Sequence record: OZ556245.1 | DNA length: 64,000 nt | Strand: one strand, 5' to 3' | DNA from: a phage | Shown here: piece by piece, positions 18,936-28,776 of the stretch | Layout: the number at the start of each line of letters is the position of its first letter | Position numbering within the stretch: the first letter of the stretch is position 1 | Position numbers and translations under genes: made by a program | Notes under the pieces: generated by a model | The model's input: the letters and a program-made list of their open reading frames with translations, nothing else | What the model was told of the DNA's origin: nothing | The model's database searches: none

Positions 18936-19167
18936 ATTTAATTAGTAATTTACAGACACTTTCATCTAGCGTAATTACCGTATCTGTATTACTGTGATAT
19001 GATTGTTTTTCAATTCGTTTAATTGCTAGTATAGTATCACTTATAAGATTAAGCTTATAAAGGAGCTCAGCTCCTGTTACCATAACACTGAGGTTATCTT
19101 GCTTATCAGTGTGCTTCTTTATACCATCTATTAGACGATTTAAATATTTTGAATTGATGTTAATCAT
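18907..19167 (-). CDS. Hypothetical protein
   Basis: 86-aa ORF. Confidence 0.35.
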   Translation of the reverse strand: MININSKYLNRLIDGIKKHTDKQDNLSVMVTGAELLYKLNLISDTILAIKRIEKQSYHSNTDTVITLDESVCKLLIKFEEAIRGNN

Positions 19168-19173
19168 ATATCC

Positions 19174-20493
19174 TCACACATAAAACACATCATAACGACC
19201 ACGAGTGACACCAACATAAAGAAGCTGCTGAGCCAATTCAGCGTCTGCATAATGAATACAAGGCGTATAGATGAAAGCACGGTCTACAGACATACCCTGC
19301 GCTTTATGGAACGTTGATGCAGGAAGTGCTTTCACTTTACTAAACTGTGATTTAGCATCCCAAAAATCACTCCACGGAGCTTTTCCACCTTTATTCCAAT
19401 TTTTATAAGTTTCTGCTGTTTTACCTAAAAATAGGTTAAACTTATACAGCTCTTCATCAGATGAAATTATTTTAATCTTTTCACGATAATATTCATCATC
19501 GCCGTAAGTTTCTACTGTTAAATCCCAATGACGAATTAGATATTCTCCAGAAACACCACGAGCTTTAACAAATGTTGATGTATACTCTGCTTCTATAATA
19601 CGAACTAATTGTCCGTTATTAAAAATAATTTCTGACACAGGCTTTCCATCAATTTTATATGTTTTAATTAATGGTTCCTGCATTACAATAATTTCACCAA
19701 CGATAAAATCTTTATCAGTTTCAAAAATCTTTTTGCGAATAATGCTATTTAACTTATCAACAGATTTATTCGTAAATGCCATTACGCGATTTTCAAACAA
19801 ATCATCTAGTGATTTTACGATTGAAAAATAATTTACCATAAAATCGCGTAAAGCGGTATCACCAGTAAATCCACGTACTCCATGGCCGTCAACAACTTTA
19901 TCATAAATCCACTTACCGTTGCGAACATCAGTAGCTACATCAATAATAGGAGCATTACTGCGTTTAACTTCAGTGAGTTCACACTGATAAAAATCTTTAT
20001 GTGTAAAGAATGGACTGATATAAGCAGTGTTTTCTCCTGGGTCAACAGGTCTAATTTGCTTATTATCCCCTATTCCAATTATAGTACACCATGGCGGGAT
20101 AGTTGAAAGTAGAATTTTGAATAGCTTTCTATCATACATTGACACTTCGTCGCAGATTAATACTCTGCATTTAGCTAAATCCGGTACTTCTTTTTGTTCA
20201 AAAAGAACGTTTTCTTCATATGTTACTGGGTTAATTTTAAGAATACTGTGAATAGTACTCGCTTCTTTCCCTGACAGTTTTGAAAGAATCTTTTTAGCTG
20301 CATGTGTAGGAGCTGCTAAAATAATGCCAGTTTCGCCTGTAGATATTAAGGCTTCAATGATAAACTTGGTAAGAGTAGTCTTACCAGTACCGGCAGGTCC
20401 ATTAATAGTCACATGATGTTTCTTTTCTTTGATAGCCCTCATAACAATGTTAAAGGCATTTTTCTGACCTTCGGTCAAATCATCAAATGTCAT
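19174..20493 (-). CDS. dda: Dda DNA helicase (SF1)
   Basis: 439 aa, T4 Dda length; Walker A GPAGTGKTT; ATG verified. Confidence 0.9.
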   Translation of the reverse strand: MTFDDLTEGQKNAFNIVMRAIKEKKHHVTINGPAGTGKTTLTKFIIEALISTGETGIILAAPTHAAKKILSKLSGKEASTIHSILKINPVTYEENVLFEQKEVPDLAKCRVLICDEVSMYDRKLFKILLSTIPPWCTIIGIGDNKQIRPVDPGENTAYISPFFTHKDFYQCELTEVKRSNAPIIDVATDVRNGKWIYDKVVDGHGVRGFTGDTALRDFMVNYFSIVKSLDDLFENRVMAFTNKSVDKLNSIIRKKIFETDKDFIVGEIIVMQEPLIKTYKIDGKPVSEIIFNNGQLVRIIEAEYTSTFVKARGVSGEYLIRHWDLTVETYGDDEYYREKIKIISSDEELYKFNLFLGKTAETYKNWNKGGKAPWSDFWDAKSQFSKVKALPASTFHKAQGMSVDRAFIYTPCIHYADAELAQQLLYVGVTRGRYDVFYV

Positions 20494-20801
20494 CGTAAAT
20501 TCCCTGCAATTGGTATACTAACAATACGCCCAGTATCTAAAATTCGCCGATATAATCTTTGTGTGTCTACATCAGGCTTAACACGTTTAACTTCTATTTT
20601 ATTAAACCAAAACTTGCGTGGAGTCTCAACTAATCTCGGAATTCCCATACCTAAAGCTAGTCGATACTGCTCTTTAAGAGTAGTAAATACTTTATCAGCA
20701 ATCTCCCTTTCAAAAAATACAGCAGGGCGATGTTCATCAAGCGGAACTGGCGCCGTAAATCCATCTTTATCTCTATAAACTATCGCATATACATAAAACA
20801 T
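20490..20801 (-). CDS. Hypothetical protein (dda.1-like)
   Basis: 103-aa ORF coupled to dda. Confidence 0.45.
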   Translation of the reverse strand: MFYVYAIVYRDKDGFTAPVPLDEHRPAVFFEREIADKVFTTLKEQYRLALGMGIPRLVETPRKFWFNKIEVKRVKPDVDTQRLYRRILDTGRIVSIPIAGNLR

Positions 20802-20802
20802 A

Positions 20803-21549
20803 TTATCCTCGGATAAGTTTAAAAATTGAACAATTTAGCGGGTATCCTCTTTTCAGTTTAAGTTTATCAATAAAAGACAAGTTTTGATACCGCTCTACAC
20901 CTTGAATAATTTTATCACACATATCATATTGCATTTCTGCTTCTGACAACTTTTTCACAGTTTTCCAATCCGAGCCTTTAAGAAGAACGTTCAATTTAAC
21001 AACTTCAGCGCCTTCTGCTATACGAGAACCATCAATACGAGCTTTGAGTGCTACAATCGTTAGCTTAATATCAGAGGTTTGTTTTGATTTAGAAAGCTGA
21101 GAAATGTGTTCAATTCTGTTTTCACGTTTTTTCTGTATAGCTTTAATTTGATTATAAGTCTTTTTGATTTTAGCCCATTTCTTTTCATCTAAATTTAATT
21201 TATGAACTTTTTTCGCAGATGAACGACCAATTCGCAAAGCAAATAAATCACGCTTTTCAATCAACTCTTCTAAAGTATAATCAGAACGAAATGTATTGTA
21301 CTTTTTCTTTACTGCAATAACATTCCCTTTAATGTATCCAACGTTATTATCAAAACGTTCTAATGATAATTTCTCTCCTTCAATATGGTTATCAAAAGGT
21401 TCTCCCGAGTAAGCGCAAACTTTCTGATCTAAAATGTTCTTAATGTAATTGAAGTCTAAGTTAAAATCTTTAGAACGTCTTTTGGCAGATGCCTGAGTGT
21501 GCTCTAGACGACGTGTAATTTTACGAATTTGATTTTTAGACAGTTTCAT
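20803..21549 (-). CDS. Hypothetical basic protein in the srd position; possible degenerate HNH-like segment
   Basis: 248 aa between dda and modA; CAYSGEPFDNHIEGEKLSLERFDNNVGYIKGNV loosely resembles an HNH core. Confidence 0.4.
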   Translation of the reverse strand: MKLSKNQIRKITRRLEHTQASAKRRSKDFNLDFNYIKNILDQKVCAYSGEPFDNHIEGEKLSLERFDNNVGYIKGNVIAVKKKYNTFRSDYTLEELIEKRDLFALRIGRSSAKKVHKLNLDEKKWAKIKKTYNQIKAIQKKRENRIEHISQLSKSKQTSDIKLTIVALKARIDGSRIAEGAEVVKLNVLLKGSDWKTVKKLSEAEMQYDMCDKIIQGVERYQNLSFIDKLKLKRGYPLNCSIFKLIRG

Positions 21550-21579
21550 ATTTTTCTCACGGACGGGTTAACTACTTAT

Positions 21580-21609
21580 ACTATAACATTTTTACTTCAG
21601 TTTGTAAAC
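21580..21609 (-). promoter_or_regulatory. T4-type early promoter
   Basis: Minus strand GTTTACA - spacer - TATAGT. Confidence 0.5.
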
Positions 21610-21665
21610 AACTTTATGAAAAATGCTTTAAAACTTTCGTGGTATAATGAATCTAAGTCCTTCCA

Positions 21666-22268
21666 TTATAGATTAAATCCTTCAAAATCAAGAGTATAGA
21701 TAGTGTATGTTGAATACTTTTTATACTCGTATCTATCCGCAATTCTAAATACACTTCCAGCTGGTATCATTACTTCTTGTTCATCTGAAACTAATTCCAT
21801 ATTACGATAGCGATGGCTATCTGGAAACTTAAAACTTGGACTATATTCTTTACAGCGTAGAGCTTTTATAGCATACTCCTGGAAATTAAACACCATAGGA
21901 GCTTTGAATTCAAAAATAACTTGTGTATTGTATTCTAATCCAGAAGCAAAATGTAGAGCTATATTTTTATCATATGAAGCTGATACTACTTTATCAAATG
22001 TAATAATATCAATTCCTTGATTTAACACCTGTTTAGTCTCAACTGGAACACCTCTCCAAAGAGGTTTATCGTTTGGTTCCAAACGAGATTTGATTATTTC
22101 ATTTAACCAAGAATGATCGTCTGGTTTATTAGTAATACAATGAATTAAAAGTTCAATTTCAGATAAATTAAATCCTTCGGAAAGTAATTCTTCACGAATA
22201 GAAGCACGCACCGATGCATCCATTGATTTGATTTTAAAATCTTTTAATTGCATTGCTGAATATTTCAT
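21666..22268 (-). CDS. modA: ADP-ribosyltransferase ModA
   Basis: 200 aa, T4 ModA length; catalytic-type EQEVMIPAG motif; paralog of the adjacent gene. Confidence 0.7.
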   Translation of the reverse strand: MKYSAMQLKDFKIKSMDASVRASIREELLSEGFNLSEIELLIHCITNKPDDHSWLNEIIKSRLEPNDKPLWRGVPVETKQVLNQGIDIITFDKVVSASYDKNIALHFASGLEYNTQVIFEFKAPMVFNFQEYAIKALRCKEYSPSFKFPDSHRYRNMELVSDEQEVMIPAGSVFRIADRYEYKKYSTYTIYTLDFEGFNL

Positions 22269-22888
22269 TCAACTACCTCAATATCATACACTTTAAATGT
22301 TCCAAATGAATCATGTAATTTTTCTTTTGAAATAGAAGTTATTTTATACTTTCCAATTGGAATCATCCATTCTTGTTCACGTACAATCATCATTAAGTTA
22401 TCAGTACGTTCTGAATCTAATCCATCAGTATCTTCATATGTATACTTAAACTCAGTATTAGGAGAAGAAAGTATAATATCGCTGATATGGTCAGAATAAT
22501 TAAAAGCTTTATCAGTTTTTAAGCGAAATATTATTTCAGTGGAATATTCAACATAAGAAAAATCACAAGCTGTGTGCAAACTAGTAGTAAATGAATCTAC
22601 TCTGTTCGTTGAAAACACTTCTCCGATTTGTAAATCTTTAATGAGTTCTTTTGTCGATTTTGATATACCACGATATAGCTGATAAGGCGATTTAGTTAAA
22701 TGCTTTTTAACGATTTTATTCAACTGCTGATGAAGAGCTTCATTCTTTTTGGCTTCCATACATTGCCAAAGAATTGACTGTTCAAAGTCAGTAAATTTTT
22801 CACAGACCTTTTTATACATATCATATTGAAAATCGACACTTTCAGCTTTTATAGATAACTGTTCAACATCTGCGAGATTAATAATCAT
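22265..22888 (-). CDS. modB: ADP-ribosyltransferase ModB
   Basis: Trimmed to ATG at 22888 (207 aa, T4 ModB length) with RBS GGAGG; EQEWMIPIG motif. Confidence 0.7.
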   Translation of the reverse strand: MIINLADVEQLSIKAESVDFQYDMYKKVCEKFTDFEQSILWQCMEAKKNEALHQQLNKIVKKHLTKSPYQLYRGISKSTKELIKDLQIGEVFSTNRVDSFTTSLHTACDFSYVEYSTEIIFRLKTDKAFNYSDHISDIILSSPNTEFKYTYEDTDGLDSERTDNLMMIVREQEWMIPIGKYKITSISKEKLHDSFGTFKVYDIEVVE

Positions 22889-22914
22889 GATAGCCTCCAT
22901 ATACTTCAGAAGCT

Positions 22915-22944
22915 ATCATATCATTGTTAGGAAGGAAAGTAAAC
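22915..22944 (-). promoter_or_regulatory. T4-type early promoter for modB/modA
   Basis: Minus strand GTTTAC - spacer - TATGAT. Confidence 0.5.
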
Positions 22945-22955
22945 AACTTTTTGAA

Positions 22956-23138
22956 TTATTTTGCCCAGGGAGCCCAAGGCGGAGGGTCAAGATGGTATGA
23001 AGCTAGTTCTTCTAGAAGAGCATCTGGGGCTTCAATTCCATAATTCTGTAATACTATACGGTACTCTTTCTTATAATCACTAGAATCATTCTGGATATTC
23101 GTAGAATGATTATCTTCTAACATCTCAAATAAATCCAT
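22956..23138 (-). CDS. Hypothetical protein
   Basis: 60-aa ORF. Confidence 0.3.
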   Translation of the reverse strand: MDLFEMLEDNHSTNIQNDSSDYKKEYRIVLQNYGIEAPDALLEELASYHLDPPPWAPWAK

Positions 23139-23146
23139 ATTAATTC

Positions 23147-23629
23147 CTAGCGATAAAAACCAAAATAACGATTAGCTTCAATAATCTTTCTTTCTTCTTC
23201 AGATATTCTCCAGCGTAGTCCAACATCAAAATGAGCCCAGACCATCTTAACAAATGCATTTATATCTTTAATATCTTCAATAATGAATGTTTTACTTTTA
23301 GAAGGTTGACCTGCTAAATTAAGTGCTAATTTAACTTTATCGTCTTCAAACAGGGCAAAAAGACCATATTCATGAGCTCTTTTATAGCCTTTAATAGTTA
23401 AAGCTTCAGAAGAAGAAAACGGTGAATCAGTATTCTGTAAAATATCTTCAGTATGCTTTATAATTAGAATAACATTTTCTGGATATTTTCTTTCTTTTAT
23501 ATCTTTAATTAAAAGATCCGGATTTTCTGCTAAAGGAATAATTAATGAGCATTTTTTATCAAGTGCATTTACTGATTTACCTTCTTTAGACATAAATTCT
23601 ATTGAATAATGTTTTGCTACTTCAATCAT
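23147..23629 (-). CDS. Hypothetical protein (mrh-like position)
   Basis: 160-aa ORF. Confidence 0.4.
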   Translation of the reverse strand: MIEVAKHYSIEFMSKEGKSVNALDKKCSLIIPLAENPDLLIKDIKERKYPENVILIIKHTEDILQNTDSPFSSSEALTIKGYKRAHEYGLFALFEDDKVKLALNLAGQPSKSKTFIIEDIKDINAFVKMVWAHFDVGLRWRISEEERKIIEANRYFGFYR

Positions 23630-23782
23630 GTGATTTCCTTTTGCCTACTAATGGACCGTCAGGAATTTTGTTTTCCTGGATATATTTCTCATTTTCTTCC
23701 ATCATTTTACTGCCAATTTTAAGAAGCAAATCCATTGCTTCATTTGCTTTAGCTTTAGCCTCTTCTAATGTCATATCTCTGT

Positions 23783-23986
23783 TCATGATTTATCCCCATA
23801 GATATCTCTCATCAATTTAAGCGCTGAGCGTTCTAATTTCTTTTCTTTCTCAGCACTAATCATTGATTTCATCAATTCTTCTGATTCGTTCTGCATTTCT
23901 TTATTTACCTGTTCAACCCAACCATCGTCAATGTACATTGAGTTTGGTCTATTGAACCATTCAAGCATCTTCTTCAGAACTTTCAC
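23783..23986 (-). CDS. Hypothetical protein
   Basis: 67-aa ORF. Confidence 0.3.
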   Translation of the reverse strand: MKVLKKMLEWFNRPNSMYIDDGWVEQVNKEMQNESEELMKSMISAEKEKKLERSALKLMRDIYGDKS

Positions 23987-24458
23987 TTGTTTTACCTAAA
24001 ACAATAGTAGGAGCATCGTCAAATTCATGAATTTTTAGCAATTTTGGATTTAAATTATTCCATACATAATAAATGAAGTATGATAAAGCATCTTCACTCG
24101 CAATTATAAATTTATTTCCTTTATCTATTTTCCAGTCATATACTGAATCATATGAATATAATGGCAATGGTTTATTGTTATAATATGATTCAGCAACATC
24201 AATATAGTTAGATTTAGTAAATGCTTGAATTGACATAAATGGAGAATTTCGTACAGTTTCAATAATTCCGATCTTTTTAAGTTTTATTTCAACATCTTCT
24301 GGAACTGGCATTGAAATAAAATCTTCTACTAGATACATGTTATTATCATATCTTTTATCAATTATTACTGCTACTGTAATTGGAATATCTTTAGCAAATG
24401 CCATGCTATCACTGCTAATATACATTTCAAACAAAATTGCTTCCATAATTTTCCTCAA
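23961..24458 (-). CDS. Hypothetical protein
   Basis: 165-aa ORF. Confidence 0.35.
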   Translation of the reverse strand: MRKIMEAILFEMYISSDSMAFAKDIPITVAVIIDKRYDNNMYLVEDFISMPVPEDVEIKLKKIGIIETVRNSPFMSIQAFTKSNYIDVAESYYNNKPLPLYSYDSVYDWKIDKGNKFIIASEDALSYFIYYVWNNLNPKLLKIHEFDDAPTIVLGKTSESSEEDA

Positions 24459-24793
24459 TCACAAGATGTAGATGAACAACTAGAATCACAAGAACTTCCA
24501 CATGAATCGCCCGTCCACACATGAACAGGAACATTAGTATCATATGAATCAGAACTAGACTGTGTATTCTGCGTATTAGATGATGTAGGTGTTGACCAAC
24601 GCCAAGGATTTTTATAATATTCCTGGGCTTCTTCATAAGTCATAGTAACTGCTTCTACTGTTCCATCTCCCATATAAACATATTCAACTACAGTTAAAGG
24701 AAGGTAGTCATTTGAAATAGGAACTACACCTTCTCCGGGAGTCGTAGAGAAAAAATCCGTAAAGAAACTTTTAAACCAATTAAAGATAAACAT
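24455..24793 (-). CDS. Hypothetical protein with Cys/Ser-rich C-terminus
   Basis: 112 aa ending [15 protein letters not shown]. Confidence 0.35.
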   Translation of the reverse strand: MFIFNWFKSFFTDFFSTTPGEGVVPISNDYLPLTVVEYVYMGDGTVEAVTMTYEEAQEYYKNPWRWSTPTSSNTQNTQSSSDSYDTNVPVHVWTGDSCGSSCDSSCSSTSCD

Positions 24794-25005
24794 TACAAAA
24801 AGCCTCTTTGAAATTCGACTCTTTGAAATCCACCCCAGTCAGTGTATCGCATTTCAGCATTGAACTCGACTGAACCATCTGCATGCATCATGAATGAATG
24901 CGTGACGATATCACAATCCCAGCTTTTCATACCCCATTTATCAGAGATAGCTTTATCAAGAACCTTCTGGAGGTCTTCATTTGGTTTAATCCAGCGATTT
25001 AACAT
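24793..25005 (-). CDS. Hypothetical protein
   Basis: 70-aa ORF downstream of the early promoter at 25032-25061. Confidence 0.4.
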   Translation of the reverse strand: MLNRWIKPNEDLQKVLDKAISDKWGMKSWDCDIVTHSFMMHADGSVEFNAEMRYTDWGGFQRVEFQRGFL

Positions 25006-25031
25006 AGTGCTCTCCTCTATAAGATAATTTT

Positions 25032-25061
25032 ATTATACCATACTTGTTTTGGAAAGTAAAC
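25032..25061 (-). promoter_or_regulatory. T4-type early promoter
   Basis: Minus strand GTTTAC - spacer - TATAAT. Confidence 0.55.
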
Positions 25062-25071
25062 CGGTAAAATG

Positions 25072-25095
25072 AAAAAAGGACTCCCGGAGGAGTCC
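25072..25095 (-). terminator. Rho-independent terminator after soc
   Basis: Stem ggactcc/ggagtcc, loop cgga, followed by U6 on the minus strand; 8 nt after the soc stop. Confidence 0.6.
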
Positions 25096-25103
25096 TTGAA
25101 TTA

Positions 25104-25349
25104 TTAACCACCAGTTACTTTCCACAAATCTTCGTTTGCAGTAATCCATGCATCACGTTGATTTTCTTCGTATACAGTAGTATATGCTGCTTTTTCTGAA
25201 GGGAATGTCTGGTAATGAGCACCAGAAATTTTGTGAACGTCAGAATAAAGAGGGAAAGCTACAGAAATTTCCTTTCCTTCAATTTTCTTATTTCCATCTA
25301 ATTTTTGCTCAAATGTTTTAATATTAACATAACCGCGAGTACTAGCCAT
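25104..25349 (-). CDS. soc: Small outer capsid protein Soc
   Basis: 81 codons MASTRGYVNIKTFEQKLDGNKKIEGKEISVAFPLYSDVHKISGAHYQTF, recognised as Soc. Confidence 0.9.
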   Translation of the reverse strand: MASTRGYVNIKTFEQKLDGNKKIEGKEISVAFPLYSDVHKISGAHYQTFPSEKAAYTTVYEENQRDAWITANEDLWKVTGG

Positions 25350-25365
25350 GTAATTCTCCTTTTAT

Positions 25366-25575
25366 TTAAATTACATGACTATTTATAATAAATTCTTGCG
25401 GAACGTTAAAATACCCAATTTTAGTTAATATAACAACATCACCGTTAATAATTACCGGAGAATAATCGGCTGGAGCATTAAACTTCCAATGAGCTCTAAT
25501 ATTATATCCATCAGAACCAAATGCTCGACTAGCCGGTTTCCCGGCTTTTTGCCATGCATAAAAATCAAATTTCAT
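25366..25575 (-). CDS. Hypothetical protein
   Basis: 69-aa ORF in the slot where T4 carries segF. Confidence 0.4.
   Translation of the reverse strand: MKFDFYAWQKAGKPASRAFGSDGYNIRAHWKFNAPADYSPVIINGDVVILTKIGYFNVPQEFIINSHVI
25380..25387 (-). promoter_or_regulatory. Late promoter TATAAATA upstream of soc
   Basis: Exact TATAAATA on the minus strand about 30 nt upstream of the soc ATG. Confidence 0.5.
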
Positions 25576-25772
25576 TTTGAATGCTCTATAATTAATTTTA
25601 AGGCTTCTTCATGCACCTTACCTAATTGTATATGTCCAGTTTTAATTGTGTAAGCTTTGTGGAGCTGATTAGATAAGAGCTCACATACGAGCTCTTTGTC
25701 ATAATTTTTAAATAGCTGGTCAATACGTTTCTTGTGGGCTTTCTTAAGCTGGCGTTTATTTAAACGAGCCAT
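25572..25772 (-). CDS. Hypothetical basic protein
   Basis: 66-aa ORF. Confidence 0.4.
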   Translation of the reverse strand: MARLNKRQLKKAHKKRIDQLFKNYDKELVCELLSNQLHKAYTIKTGHIQLGKVHEEALKLIIEHSK

Positions 25773-26290
25773 TAATAACCTCGGTCTTGACGAGCGAAGT
25801 TTTCAGCATTTTTCAGATAATAAAGTTTAAAGATTTCTTCAGCCGTAAGACCGAGACCTTGGAACATGTTCAGAACGAAATGAAGAATATCAATCATTTC
25901 GAATTTAATTTCCAACTGGTCTTGTGGAGACAAATCAGTAATCAGAGTTTCACGTCGTTCACCATGCTGAGCTTTCCAAGGCTTCCATACAGCAGATGCA
26001 TCTTTTTCACCATTGCTCATACCACCAAGAGAAGTCAATAGTTCGCGGAATTCATCATCAATATAATCTTTCTGATTACGCAGCCAATCAACAACTTCAC
26101 CCGCAGTAGCCAAATCATCAGGATGACGGTTATATTCAGGTTTATCTTTAGCTAAACGAACCTGCAGAGATTTCTGCATATCAAGCATAACCTGCAGCGG
26201 GTCTTTTTCATCACCGAGAATATCCCAGTATTCATTTTGAGCTTTATCAGCGCCTTCAATCAGTTGTGAACATTCATTAAAGTATGCCAT
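25772..26290 (-). CDS. 56: dCTP pyrophosphatase gp56 (MazG-like)
   Basis: ORF trimmed to the internal ATG (MAYFNECSQLIEGADKAQNEYWDILGDE...) giving about 172 aa, T4 gp56 size. Confidence 0.8.
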   Translation of the reverse strand: MAYFNECSQLIEGADKAQNEYWDILGDEKDPLQVMLDMQKSLQVRLAKDKPEYNRHPDDLATAGEVVDWLRNQKDYIDDEFRELLTSLGGMSNGEKDASAVWKPWKAQHGERRETLITDLSPQDQLEIKFEMIDILHFVLNMFQGLGLTAEEIFKLYYLKNAENFARQDRGY

Positions 26291-26361
26291 TATTTTTCCT
26301 TTCAATTCATGGGTTAGTAGATTAATTATACAATAAATATATAAAGCAATAAGGAGGATAT

Positions 26362-26457
26362 ATGGTACAAAAATTAATGGCACTTGTCGATGCCATAAAA
26401 GGTAATAAAAAACGTATAGCTTTTACTATTTCTGTTATGATAGGAATTTTACTCTGA
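26362..26457 (+). CDS. Possible small plus-strand membrane peptide
   Basis: RBS aaggagg then ATG; MVQKLMALVDAIKGNKKRIAFTISVMIGILL; in-frame TGA followed by 34 more sense codons. Confidence 0.25.
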   Translation: MVQKLMALVDAIKGNKKRIAFTISVMIGILL

Positions 26458-26558
26458 AATTTTGTTTTATCACCAATTGCTATTGCTCATGGTGTTAATA
26501 TTCCGGTAATTACTCTTGATACATTCGTAGATTTAGCATTTGCTTTGGTTGGGTTAAT

Positions 26559-27587
26559 TTAAATCTTAGCATATTTAGATAGCCGCATTTTAGCCATCAA
26601 CCCTTGGGCAATATTATTTTTCATATATTCCATAATTTGTTTAGGGGTTGCACCTTCCTTTCTAATCATATCATTAACATCTTTTGATTTCCAGGGAGAT
26701 TTGTCCCAAAACATAACCCTTTCTCCTGCATCAACTAATTTAGTCATTCGTTTAATAGTGTCAGGATGACGAGGTTCATTATCTAAAACCCATACACGTC
26801 TATCTTTAAATGGAACAATTTCTAGGTCTAATTGACCACCCGTAATAGCTATACCATTTTCAATAAAAAGTGAATCTATAGGTCCTTCTAGAACATATAC
26901 ATCACCATCTTTGACTCGTTCGACTCCATAGATTTTTGTTGCCTCAGGATAAGCTTTGATGGTGATATATTTTTGAGGAGCATCTTTCTTTAATGCACGT
27001 CCTTGAAAAGACTCGGCTTTTCCGTTAGCATTATAAATTGGAATAACAAGACGAGGCTCAGGTATTTCCTTTTTATATGTTCCTGGCGCTATGCTATTAA
27101 CTAATTTAGGCCATTCGGTTGTAAACCAAAGATATTTCCATTTATTCTTTGGAATACAACGAGCTTTTACATATTTTATAATTGGATGGTCTTCCGCCAG
27201 TTTATCTAATCTAATGCATGACGGAAGAGATTTAATTATTTTCTTCTCAGGTTGTTTAGGAAGTTCTTTAGGTTTTTCTACTGGACGACTTTTACCTTTT
27301 TCTTTTCTTATTTCAAAGATATACTCACGATATAAATCAGGTTCAAACTCCTTTAAATATATTCCGATTGGTGCATGATAGTTGCAGTTATAACAATGAA
27401 TATTTCCTTCATTATTATCACCATAATACCATCCACGGGCTTTATTTTGGTCGGTTTTTGAATCTCCACAAACAGGGCATCTAAACCGTAATTTAAAAGT
27501 TGAACTATTATTTACTTGTGTGAATTTAGGTAAATGAGCTAATGCACGGTATGCAAACTCATTATCAATCCAAGGTATTGATGACAT
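26559..27587 (-). CDS. 61: DNA primase gp61
   Basis: 342 aa, T4 gp61 length; N-terminal zinc ribbon CPVCGDS...CYNC; Toprim-like region. Confidence 0.9.
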   Translation of the reverse strand: MSSIPWIDNEFAYRALAHLPKFTQVNNSSTFKLRFRCPVCGDSKTDQNKARGWYYGDNNEGNIHCYNCNYHAPIGIYLKEFEPDLYREYIFEIRKEKGKSRPVEKPKELPKQPEKKIIKSLPSCIRLDKLAEDHPIIKYVKARCIPKNKWKYLWFTTEWPKLVNSIAPGTYKKEIPEPRLVIPIYNANGKAESFQGRALKKDAPQKYITIKAYPEATKIYGVERVKDGDVYVLEGPIDSLFIENGIAITGGQLDLEIVPFKDRRVWVLDNEPRHPDTIKRMTKLVDAGERVMFWDKSPWKSKDVNDMIRKEGATPKQIMEYMKNNIAQGLMAKMRLSKYAKI

Positions 27588-27589
27588 TT

Positions 27590-27754
27590 TTACTCTTCTT
27601 TTTCTTTAGATTCCTCTTTTTTCTTTTTAGGAATCTGTTCAGGACCTTTATTTACTACAGCGCCTGATGTTGTTCCAGTGGAGATATTTTCAGGATTACC
27701 ACCTGAATCTCCAGCTACCATATCTTCTTTAATAAATTCTTTATATGTTTTCAT
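27590..27754 (-). CDS. Small hypothetical protein (61.1-like)
   Basis: 54 codons MKTYKEFIKEDMVAGDSGGNPENISTG..., hand-translated. Confidence 0.3.
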   Translation of the reverse strand: MKTYKEFIKEDMVAGDSGGNPENISTGTTSGAVVNKGPEQIPKKKKEESKEKEE

Positions 27755-27755
27755 A

Positions 27756-28112
27756 TTAACCTCTATTCATAAAAGCATTAAAAATTTGGTCATCAATCGA
27801 TGGAACAGCAACCTTTTCGGCATCATTTAGCAAATCATTAATTTCATCAGATAGCATAACGCATGTACCTTTATTTCCTGTAATTGTTACTGCACAATTA
27901 CGAACGTTTTCTTTATCAAATTTTAGGTTAATATTTTCGTAGTGAAAATCCTTTAATGCCGAATATATTTTTAAAATGAAATTGTCTTTTACTGCAATAA
28001 ACCCAACTTCACTATTAAAACGTGGTTCATGGAAACTGTAATAAACCTTTTCATCTATAAAATCGTATGAAATTTTTTCCATTTTTAAATATGAAAATTC
28101 AGAACTGTACAT
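27756..28112 (-). CDS. Hypothetical protein (61.2-like position)
   Basis: 118-aa ORF between sp and 61. Confidence 0.45.
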   Translation of the reverse strand: MYSSEFSYLKMEKISYDFIDEKVYYSFHEPRFNSEVGFIAVKDNFILKIYSALKDFHYENINLKFDKENVRNCAVTITGNKGTCVMLSDEINDLLNDAEKVAVPSIDDQIFNAFMNRG

Positions 28113-28124
28113 ACTAACCTCTAA

Positions 28125-28418
28125 TTACTCACCTACCACTTCAGCGATGATATTTTTATTATTAAAGTTTTTATCGCAATACAGAACATAATTATACTGC
28201 ATTACACCGCCAGACTTAAGCTGTTTTTGCACTTCAGCTTTCATTTCAGGACGATCACGCTCAACGATATTCATAATATCTGCTTCAATTTGAGTTTCAA
28301 CTTCAGTCTGATCTGCAGTCATAGACCATTCACACAAATCTTTGTCATAACCCGCCATAGCAGGCTGAGCAGCGCAAGAAGATAAAGCAAAAATTGTAGC
28401 AAAGATAAATTTTTTCAT
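28125..28418 (-). CDS. sp: Periplasmic spackle protein Sp
   Basis: 97 aa with N-terminal signal peptide MKKFIFATIFALSSCAAQPAMA; T4 Sp length and position. Confidence 0.65.
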   Translation of the reverse strand: MKKFIFATIFALSSCAAQPAMAGYDKDLCEWSMTADQTEVETQIEADIMNIVERDRPEMKAEVQKQLKSGGVMQYNYVLYCDKNFNNKNIIAEVVGE

Positions 28419-28476
28419 GATAATCTCCTCAGTAGTTTATGTTTATAGTATCTCAATTTCCAATAAAAGTAAACAG

Positions 28477-28776
28477 CTATTTTAAAACTTCTGCATAATC
28501 ACATGTTACAAACTGTTTCTCTAACTTGGCGATTTTACGAAAGTATCTTTTGCATTGACGAATCTGTCGCTTCGTAGGGCGCACAGCAAACTTAATAAAT
28601 TCCACTCGACCAAATGGAGGACTTTCTTCTGCTGGAATATCTAATACCAATTCCCACGTATCTACAATAAGTGCTTTGAATTGAGTATTTTTCCTGACAT
28701 TATACGGAGTAGGTTTAAATAAAACAATATGCATATTATCCTCGGCAATCCACTTCACATACTTTCTTGTCATCAA
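28477..28776 (-). CDS. Hypothetical basic protein (61.4-like)
   Basis: 99-aa ORF. Confidence 0.4.
   Translation of the reverse strand: MMTRKYVKWIAEDNMHIVLFKPTPYNVRKNTQFKALIVDTWELVLDIPAEESPPFGRVEFIKFAVRPTKRQIRQCKRYFRKIAKLEKQFVTCDYAEVLK

Noticed and set aside
24427-24636. 69-aa His/Leu-rich minus-strand ORF
   Set aside because: Out-of-frame overlap with the 24455-24793 ORF; composition typical of a frame artefact.
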